Shown here piece by piece: positions 57,081-64,000 of a stretch of 64,000 nucleotides of DNA. The position numbers and the translations under genes were made by a program. The notes below the pieces were generated by a model, which saw only the letters and a program-made list of their open reading frames with translations, was not told the origin of the DNA and did no database searches. Positions within the stretch are counted from its first letter, which is position 1, and each line of letters opens with the position of its first letter. This DNA is from Clostridia bacterium (GTDB lineage: Bacteria > Bacillota > Clostridia > Oscillospirales > CAG-272): contig JAFTKJ010000025.1 of the NCBI GenBank assembly GCA_017453305.1, positions 392 through 64,391 of the forward strand. Reading direction: 5' to 3'.

Positions 57081-57788
57081 TTACAGGAGGGCTCCCGCAA
57101 GCTTGAAAACGGGGTTTGCAATGAGATAGGTCAATTCCTGCGCGATCCATGAGAAGGGCGAAAAGCCGAGTCGGGACAGTAACAGCAAAACGACCAGAAT
57201 GCCGATCATGATCTGCTGCTCGTAGCGCATGATACCAAAGTATGTTTTGGGTGGCAAGAACGCCAGCGCGAAGCGAGAGCCGTCGAACGGCGGAACGGGA
57301 ATGAGGTTGAACGCCATGAACAAGAAGTTGTAGATGGCAGAAAGCCGAAACAGCTCGGTTGCGTAATATACGCAGGTGATCAGAAATTCATTTGCATGGG
57401 CTACCACAAGGCTGTTGTGCCATGCGACGGAAAAGCCGAACAGCGCCGCGCCGATGATGCCGAGCAGTGCGTTTGCGGCGGGGCCTGCCAGGGCAGAGAG
57501 GACCATACCGCGCTTGGGATTGCGAAAATTGCGTGTGTTGATCGGCACGGGTTTTGCCCAACCGAAGCCAAAGATCAGCATGCTGAAAAATCCGAACGGA
57601 TCGATATGACGCAGGGGATTGAGGGTCAGGCGTCCGAGATTGTACGCGGTATTGTCACCGCATTTCCATGCCACGTACCCGTGTGCCGTCTCGTGAAACG
57701 AGAGTGCGAAGAGGATGATGGGCATGCTGAACAGCAGAGAGATGAGGATGGAGCGAAAATCTCCTCCTGCAAGAATTTCGAATAACAT
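57081..57788 (-). CDS. site-2 protease family (M50) zinc metalloprotease
   Basis: HETAHG (HExxH) within TM helix, multiple TMs, LIPVPPFDG-type motif. Confidence 0.65.
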   Translation of the reverse strand: MLFEILAGGDFRSILISLLFSMPIILFALSFHETAHGYVAWKCGDNTAYNLGRLTLNPLRHIDPFGFFSMLIFGFGWAKPVPINTRNFRNPKRGMVLSALAGPAANALLGIIGAALFGFSVAWHNSLVVAHANEFLITCVYYATELFRLSAIYNFLFMAFNLIPVPPFDGSRFALAFLPPKTYFGIMRYEQQIMIGILVVLLLLSRLGFSPFSWIAQELTYLIANPVFKLAGALL

Positions 57789-57818
57789 TTAAAAAGGGAT
57801 TCTCACTTTCTTTGTGAT

Positions 57819-58427
57819 TTACAGCTTGATATCCGTGAAGTCGGCAATGAGCTTCCACAGCTCTGCTTTTCCGTTCCCCTTCAAGGATGAGTAAAACACG
57901 ATGGGGGTATCGGTGGGGATGTTGGGATGTGCTTTGAGCATCTCCTCGGATTTTTTACGCTCGGTGGCGTTGAGCTTATCGCACTTGGTGGCAACCACCA
58001 CAAAGGGGATACCCGCCTGGCGCAGATAGGAGAGCATCATTTCGTCGTCTGCCGTGGGGCCGACGCGGCTGTCGATCAGCTGAACCACCAGCTTGAGCAG
58101 ATCCACGTTGGGGTTCTGCGTAAAGTAGCCGTCGGTCAGCGCCGACCACTGTGCCTTGTCGCCCGGGGCGCGCTTTGCAAAGCCGTAGCCGGGCAGATCC
58201 ACCAAAAACAGGGTTTTGTCAACGTCGTAAAAATTGATGGTAATCGTCTTTCCGGGGGAGGAGCTGACGCGCGCGAGCGACTTGCGCCCAAGCAGGGAAT
58301 TGATCAAGGAGCTTTTGCCAACGTTGGATCTGCCCGAAAAGGCGATCTGCACCATGGCGTCCTTGGGAAATTGCTTTGGCAGTCCCGCGCTGATGCGCAG
58401 CTCTGTCTTATTGAGATTGAGCGCCAT
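57819..58427 (-). CDS. engB: ribosome biogenesis GTP-binding protein YsxC/EngB
   Basis: FSGRSNVGKSSLINSL; located immediately downstream of lon as in B. subtilis. Confidence 0.9.
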   Translation of the reverse strand: MALNLNKTELRISAGLPKQFPKDAMVQIAFSGRSNVGKSSLINSLLGRKSLARVSSSPGKTITINFYDVDKTLFLVDLPGYGFAKRAPGDKAQWSALTDGYFTQNPNVDLLKLVVQLIDSRVGPTADDEMMLSYLRQAGIPFVVVATKCDKLNATERKKSEEMLKAHPNIPTDTPIVFYSSLKGNGKAELWKLIADFTDIKL

Positions 58428-58447
58428 CGAAAGGCTCCTTTCAAAAA

Positions 58448-60880
58448 TTACTTTTCCGAAAAGCGGATCTGCGGCTGTCCCACGGGTGTGGGAATGAATT
58501 TGGATGCCGCAACCGCGTCATTGCTTTTTTCCGCCTCTGCCGTGATCTCGGGCTTTGCAGGAACCAATGCTTCTTTGAGCACCTCGCACGCGCGACGGCA
58601 GGGGATAAAGTGCAGATTTTCACGCGCCAGGGGATCAATCTCTTCCAGGTCGCGCAAATTTTCATCGGGGATCAACACGGTCTTTACGCCCGCGTTGTAG
58701 GCTGCCATGGTTTTTTCCTTGAGTCCGCCAATGGCAAGCACGTGACCGCGCAGGCTGATCTCGCCCGTCATGGCAACGTCGCGTCTGACGGCTCTTCCCG
58801 TCAAGGCGCTGACCAATGCCGTGACCATCGTCACACCCGCAGAGGGACCGTCCTTTGGAACCGCGCCTTCGGGGAAATGGATGTGAATATCCTTGGTCTT
58901 GTAAAAATCGGTGGGAATGCCGTATTCCTTGGCAATGGAGCGAACGTAGCTGACCGCGATTTGCGCGGACTCCTTCATTACGTCACCAAGAGAGCCGGTG
59001 GTCTCGATCTTGCCCGTGCCGTCCAGCACGGCGACCTCGACCTTGAGCAGGCTTCCGCCGAGCTCGGTGTAGGCAAGCCCGTTGACGCATCCGACCTCGT
59101 TTTCGGCGTCGATCTGCTCGGGCAGGATCTTTCTTGCACCAAGGAAAGTTTTGACGTCGGGAGTGTCAACAGAAACGCTCTTGACGTTTTCCGCCAGCAT
59201 TTTTTTGCCTGCCTTGCGGCAAAGGGTTGCGATGGTGCGTTCCAAATTACGAACGCCCGCCTCGCGTGTATAGTAGTCAATGATCTCAATCAGCGCGCCG
59301 TCGGTGATCTTGAGCATGCGGCGGTTGAGCCCATGACGCTTGAGCTGCTTGGGAATGAGGTGATCCTTGGCGATGTCCATCTTCTCGCGCTTGGTGTAAA
59401 TGGAAAGCTCGATGATCTCCATACGGTCAAGCAAAGGCTTTGGAACGTTCTCCAGAGAGTTTGCGGTTGCGATGAACATACAATCGGAAAGATCGAAGGG
59501 AAGCTCCACGAAATGATCGCGGAAGGTCTTGTTCTGCTCACCGTCCAGCACCTCAAGAAGCGCGGAGGTGGGATCTCCGTGCGTATCGCGCGTGAGCTTG
59601 TCGATCTCGTCCAGCAGGATCAGAGGATTGCGGACCTCTGCCTGCGTAATGGCGGCAATGATGCGCCCGGGCATTGCGCCGATATAGGTCTTGCGGTGAC
59701 CGCGAATGTCCGCCTCGTCACGCACGCCGCCCAGGGAGATGCGCACGTACTTGCGGTTCATTGCCTTGGCAATGGAGGACGCGATCGAGGTCTTGCCCAC
59801 ACCGGGAGGGCCGACCAGGCAAAGGATCTGATTGTTCAATTCGGGGCTGAGCTGCTTTGCGGCAATGTATTCCACAATGCGCTCCTTGACCTTTTCAAGA
59901 CCGTTGTGATCGGCGTCCAGTACCTTTTGTACGGCGGTAAAGCTGACGCGATCCTTAGTGGTCTTGCTCCACGGAATGGAGAGGCAGGTATCCAGATAGT
60001 TTGCAAGAACGGTGGATTCGGCAGAGCCGAAGGGCGTTTTTGCAAGGCGGTCGTTTTCCTTGGTCAGCTTGGCTTCCACCTCGGGGGGGAGCTTTGCTTC
60101 TTTGATCCGCTCGGCAAATTCGGCAACGTCGTCGCCCTCACCAAGCTCATCCTGTATCACCTTGATCTGCTCGCGCAGGTAATATTCCTTTTGGTTGCGG
60201 TTCATACGCGCATTGACGCGGCGGCGGATGAGGGATTCCTCCTCCATAACCACTGCCTCCTCCTGCAGGATCTCCAAAAGGATCTCCGCGCGCTTCAGGG
60301 GATCAAAGCACTCCAATACGGCTTGCTTGTCGATGGGGCGAACCAAAACGTTTGCCGCGATAAAGTCGGCAAGCGCGCCGGGATCGTCGATGTGGCGCAG
60401 CGCATTCATCATGTCGTTGGTGTCGGCAGGGAGCAGACTGAGATTCTTTTCCACCGTGCGGATCATTTCGTGCACGGCAGCCTCACCGCGTACACCGCCA
60501 AGATCGGGCATGGAGATATGCTTGCAGATCAGATCTGCCTCGGTGTAGCCGAGGTTTTTGCGGTAACGGACAACGGAGGCACGCACCAAGCCCTCGGCAA
60601 CGATGCGGGTCTGTCCCTCGGGGGTGCGGATCATCTGCTTGATGCGAACAACGGTTCCCACGTGATAGAAGGGAAATTCCTCCTCGGGGTCGTCGGTTTG
60701 ATATTCTTTGTATGAGGTCAGGAACAAAAAGGAGGTTCCCGCAGCCGCGGCTTTGGCGGCGGCAGAGGCATTTTCGTCACCTGCTTCAAAGTTTACGGTG
60801 ATCAGGGGAAACGCCACCGTACCGCGCAGGGCGATGACGGGAAGCGTAACGGGTTCTGCTTTTTCGATATAAGAGGGCAT
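58448..60880 (-). CDS. lon: ATP-dependent Lon protease
   Basis: 810 aa; LON N-domain, AAA+ GPPGVGKTS, C-terminal Ser-Lys proteolytic domain (PKDGPSAG). Confidence 0.95.
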   Translation of the reverse strand: MPSYIEKAEPVTLPVIALRGTVAFPLITVNFEAGDENASAAAKAAAAGTSFLFLTSYKEYQTDDPEEEFPFYHVGTVVRIKQMIRTPEGQTRIVAEGLVRASVVRYRKNLGYTEADLICKHISMPDLGGVRGEAAVHEMIRTVEKNLSLLPADTNDMMNALRHIDDPGALADFIAANVLVRPIDKQAVLECFDPLKRAEILLEILQEEAVVMEEESLIRRRVNARMNRNQKEYYLREQIKVIQDELGEGDDVAEFAERIKEAKLPPEVEAKLTKENDRLAKTPFGSAESTVLANYLDTCLSIPWSKTTKDRVSFTAVQKVLDADHNGLEKVKERIVEYIAAKQLSPELNNQILCLVGPPGVGKTSIASSIAKAMNRKYVRISLGGVRDEADIRGHRKTYIGAMPGRIIAAITQAEVRNPLILLDEIDKLTRDTHGDPTSALLEVLDGEQNKTFRDHFVELPFDLSDCMFIATANSLENVPKPLLDRMEIIELSIYTKREKMDIAKDHLIPKQLKRHGLNRRMLKITDGALIEIIDYYTREAGVRNLERTIATLCRKAGKKMLAENVKSVSVDTPDVKTFLGARKILPEQIDAENEVGCVNGLAYTELGGSLLKVEVAVLDGTGKIETTGSLGDVMKESAQIAVSYVRSIAKEYGIPTDFYKTKDIHIHFPEGAVPKDGPSAGVTMVTALVSALTGRAVRRDVAMTGEISLRGHVLAIGGLKEKTMAAYNAGVKTVLIPDENLRDLEEIDPLARENLHFIPCRRACEVLKEALVPAKPEITAEAEKSNDAVAASKFIPTPVGQPQIRFSEK

Positions 60881-61173
60881 TCCAAAATCCTTTCAAACGG
60901 GGCACAAAACATATTCTTACAATTATTACTTTATTATAGCACACTTTTCTCCCGATTTCCATACCTTTTTGAAAAAAAGTTGCTTATTTTAAAATCTTTT
61001 TTCGCTTTTTTAGCGCCATTGCCGCGTTTTTCGGATTTTGCGTCACACAGAATGAAAGGCAGATGCGAAAAATCTTGAAAAAGTCTTTACTTGATGCAAA
61101 AAATGTGGTATACTGTAAAATGCGAGAAAGTTTTGATCTGTGATGTCTTATTGAGAAGGAAGGAGAGTGGGAA

Positions 61174-61797
61174 ATGAACGGCAAAAAAATTGAAATTGAG
61201 AAAGACGGCAAAGAATACCTCATCAACTTGTATTGGAGTGATTGGGAAGGTTCTTTTTCGCCGCGGATGATATTTTCGCTGGACGTAAATGATGAACTCA
61301 TTGATGAAGGTGTGATGAAATGGAATCACTATCATTGGGTATATGGCTTTGAAAGAGAAGGTCATCAGTTCACATTGGTTGCTAAAATTTCAAAATCCTT
61401 GCATGGCACTCATTCCAATTTCGTTGAGGTCGACTGTTACGTGGATGGCATTTCTCAAACCGACGGGAGCGACTGGAATGCACTTTGCGAGCAGTTTGAG
61501 GAAATGCGTTGGTGGCAAAAGCTTTTTGGCATTTTTAATGGTGAAGACCTCAGATATCACCTGCGTTGGATGCTTTTTTGCTCTGCCGTTTTACTTGCAA
61601 TACTAACGGTATCATTCCTTGTCAAAATTCAAAAGGGAATGAAGCCTATGGATGCTTTGAGCGATGCCCTTATTAACTTTGTGGTGTATTTTATTGCAGT
61701 TCACATCGGTTGGTTTATAGCGAACAGTTGCGTGCGTAGCAAAAGACGAAAATTGATACGCCAACTGAAGGAACAGTCGAAAATCGCAAAAAAATAA
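61174..61797 (+). CDS. hypothetical membrane protein
   Basis: 207 aa; RBS aaggaaggagagtgggaaATG; soluble N-domain then 2 TM. Confidence 0.4.
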   Translation: MNGKKIEIEKDGKEYLINLYWSDWEGSFSPRMIFSLDVNDELIDEGVMKWNHYHWVYGFEREGHQFTLVAKISKSLHGTHSNFVEVDCYVDGISQTDGSDWNALCEQFEEMRWWQKLFGIFNGEDLRYHLRWMLFCSAVLLAILTVSFLVKIQKGMKPMDALSDALINFVVYFIAVHIGWFIANSCVRSKRRKLIRQLKEQSKIAKK

Positions 61798-61825
61798 TCT
61801 ACATAATGAATTTTTAGGAGAACGT

Positions 61826-63838
61826 ATGAACGCAAAACCCTTTGTCCTCAAAAGTGAATATTCTCCAACGGGAGATCAGCCCGAGGCAATCGAGCAATTG
61901 ACCGAGGGGCTTTTGCGCGGTGAGCGGATGCAAACGCTCCTTGGCGTTACCGGCTCCGGTAAGACCTTTACCATGGCAAACGTCATTGCACGCACCAATC
62001 GTCCTACCTTGATCCTGGAGCCGAACAAAACGCTTGCGTCGCAGGTGTGCTCCGAAATGCGCGAGTTTTTTCCGGATGCTGCCGTGGAGTATTTCGTATC
62101 CTATTATGACTATTATCAGCCCGAGGCGTACATTCCGGGCAAGGATATGTATATCGAAAAGGACGCCTTGATCAATGACGAGATCGATCGCCTGCGCCAC
62201 AGCGCCACAAGTGCGCTTTTTGAGCGACGTGACGTCATTATCGTGGCGTCGGTGTCCTGCATTTACTCCTTGGGTGACCCGAGTGAGTACCAAGGGCTTG
62301 TGCTTGCCATTCGCCCCGGTATGCCCATTGGTAGAGATATTTTTATCCGTAAGCTGGTTGCCAACAGCTACAGCCGCAATGATATGGAACTGAAGCGCGA
62401 TTGCTTTCGCGTCAACGGCGACACGGTGGAGATCATTCCCGCAAACATGAACGACAGCGCCCTGCGCGTGGAATTCTTTGGAGACGAGATCGACCGCGTA
62501 TCGGAGATCAACATCGTTACGGGGGAGCTGAAGCGTCTGCTTTCCTACGCGGCGATCTATCCTGCCACGCACTATGCCGTATCGGATGAAAAGCGTGAGG
62601 CGGCACTTGCCGAGATCGAGCGCGAAATGATCGAACGTGTTGCGTTTTTTGAGTCCGAAAACAAGCTGATTGAGGCGCAACGTATTCGTGAACGTGTCAA
62701 ATACGATTTGGAAATGCTGCGTGAGATCGGCTTTTGCTCGGGCGTGGAAAACTACTCGCGCGTGCTTGCGGGGAGGGAAAAGGGTGCAACGCCGTTTACG
62801 CTGTTGGACTATTTCCCAGAGGATTATATTATGTTCATTGACGAGTCGCACGTCACGGTGCCGCAGGTGCGCGGCATGAGCGGCGGTGACACGGCAAGAA
62901 AAAAGAATTTGGTGGACTACGGCTTCCGTTTGCCCTCGGCTTATGATAACCGTCCGCTCTTTTTTGATGAATTTGAGCAGAGCATTCAGCAGGCGGTATT
63001 TGTCAGCGCCACGCCCGGCGACTATGAAAACGAGCATTCCGAGCGCGTGGTGGAGCAGATCATTCGTCCTACGGGGCTGCTGGATCCCGAGGTCGAGGTG
63101 CGCCCGATTGAGGGACAGGTGGACGATCTGATGGGGGAGATCCGCCTCCGTGCGCAAAAGGGAGAGCGTGTGCTTGTCACGACGCTGACCAAAAAAATGG
63201 CGGAGGATCTGACCGAATATTTTGAGAACAACGACATCAAGGTGCGCTACATTCACTTTAACGTGGATACCATGGAGCGTATGGAGATCATACGCGATCT
63301 GCGCCTTGGCGTATTTGACGTGCTGGTCGGTATCAACCTCTTGCGTGAGGGCTTGGACATTCCCGAGGTGTCGCTGGTTGCGATCCTTGACGCCGACAAA
63401 GAGGGCTTTTTGCGTGCGGAGCGCTCCCTGGTCCAGACCATTGGACGTGCGGCACGAAACGCGGACGGAAAGGTCATTATGTACGCGGACAGCGTTACTA
63501 AATCGATGCATGCGGCAATTTTGGAAACCAACCGCCGCCGCGAGATCCAGAACGCATACAACCAAAAGCACGGTATCGTGCCCAAAACCATCGTCAAGGG
63601 CGTGCGCGACGTGATTGAGGTGGGCACCACAGAGGAAAAGAACGGCAAGCGCCGTTCGGGTCTTTCTTTGCAGACGGACCGCAAGCTGAGTAAGACCGAA
63701 CGCGAGAAGCTGATTGCCGAAATGACGGTGGAGATGAAGCAGGCGGCGCAGCATCTTGAATTTGAAAAAGCAGCCTTTTTGCGCGACGAGATCAAAAAAC
63801 TGCGCGAGGGCAAGATCGATGCGCCGCGCCATCGATGA
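61826..63838 (+). CDS. uvrB: excinuclease ABC subunit B
   Basis: [17 protein letters not shown]...[10 protein letters not shown], helicase motifs, C-terminal UVR domain ([14 protein letters not shown]). Confidence 0.95.
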   Translation: MNAKPFVLKSEYSPTGDQPEAIEQLTEGLLRGERMQTLLGVTGSGKTFTMANVIARTNRPTLILEPNKTLASQVCSEMREFFPDAAVEYFVSYYDYYQPEAYIPGKDMYIEKDALINDEIDRLRHSATSALFERRDVIIVASVSCIYSLGDPSEYQGLVLAIRPGMPIGRDIFIRKLVANSYSRNDMELKRDCFRVNGDTVEIIPANMNDSALRVEFFGDEIDRVSEINIVTGELKRLLSYAAIYPATHYAVSDEKREAALAEIEREMIERVAFFESENKLIEAQRIRERVKYDLEMLREIGFCSGVENYSRVLAGREKGATPFTLLDYFPEDYIMFIDESHVTVPQVRGMSGGDTARKKNLVDYGFRLPSAYDNRPLFFDEFEQSIQQAVFVSATPGDYENEHSERVVEQIIRPTGLLDPEVEVRPIEGQVDDLMGEIRLRAQKGERVLVTTLTKKMAEDLTEYFENNDIKVRYIHFNVDTMERMEIIRDLRLGVFDVLVGINLLREGLDIPEVSLVAILDADKEGFLRAERSLVQTIGRAARNADGKVIMYADSVTKSMHAAILETNRRREIQNAYNQKHGIVPKTIVKGVRDVIEVGTTEEKNGKRRSGLSLQTDRKLSKTEREKLIAEMTVEMKQAAQHLEFEKAAFLRDEIKKLREGKIDAPRHR

Positions 63839-63861
63839 TTTTTTGGGGGAGAAGAAAGCGT

Positions 63862-64000
63862 ATGAAGCTTCATGAGATCAAGTTCCGACGCCGCTTTTCG
63901 ATCAATCCGTACCGCAGTTTGCGCCTGAATATGGGGCATATGGATTTTTTTAAGAATTGGGTGGATGATCAAAGAGGCGATCCTTATCCCGTTCTCCGCC
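63862..64000 (+). CDS. hypothetical protein, 5' partial at window edge
   Basis: ATG at 63862 continuing in frame to window end; not UvrA-like. Confidence 0.25.
   Translation, partial: MKLHEIKFRRRFSINPYRSLRLNMGHMDFFKNWVDDQRGDPYPVLR

Noticed and set aside
58610-60715. 701-aa plus-strand ORF
   Set aside because: Antisense to lon; shadow ORF.
60881-61173. CIRCE/CtsR heat-shock operator upstream of lon
   Set aside because: No TTAGCACTC-N9-GAGTGCTAA or GGTCAAA direct repeats found; only a -10 like TGcTATAAT.
61814-63832. 672-aa minus-strand ORF
   Set aside because: Antisense to uvrB; shadow ORF.

Overview
The window looks like a 64-kb chromosomal segment from a sporulating, moderately GC-rich Firmicute (Clostridia-like), judging by codon usage and the presence of spo0A, ytfI/ytfJ, AbrB, T-box regulation, ECF/ABC transporters and TTGACA-N17-TATAAT promoters. 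It is mostly core housekeeping. Recognisable genes include ligA, a CapD/PglF-like sugar dehydratase, trpB2 behind a Trp T-box leader, RNase J, a DUF1854 + ABC exporter pair, and a sugar isomerase plus Gfo/Idh/MocA oxidoreductase. Further along are rlmB, a TIGR03960/TIGR03936 radical-SAM fusion, a GH32 + DeoR + 944-aa sugar block, reverse rubrerythrin, a GH2 beta-galactosidase, spo0A, rluB, a DD-carboxypeptidase, ytfJ/ytfI, scpB/scpA, an M50 protease, engB, lon and uvrB. I found no transposases, integrases, CRISPR arrays or rRNA/tRNA genes. The most interesting locus is a tightly coupled five-gene minus-strand operon at 27.7-32.8 kb. It encodes a YdjI-like SPFH/Band-7 protein whose C-terminus carries four tandem zinc ribbons, a YdjH-like membrane protein and a YdjG-like zinc-ribbon/helical protein. 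The last two genes encode an unrecognised 587-aa coiled-coil protein with a transmembrane hairpin and a 70-aa hyper-acidic protein. Together this resembles the B. subtilis PspA-YdjGHI membrane-stress module but lacks PspA and carries new partners. Other notable items are listed individually under findings. The long ORFs antisense to real genes are shadow ORFs.
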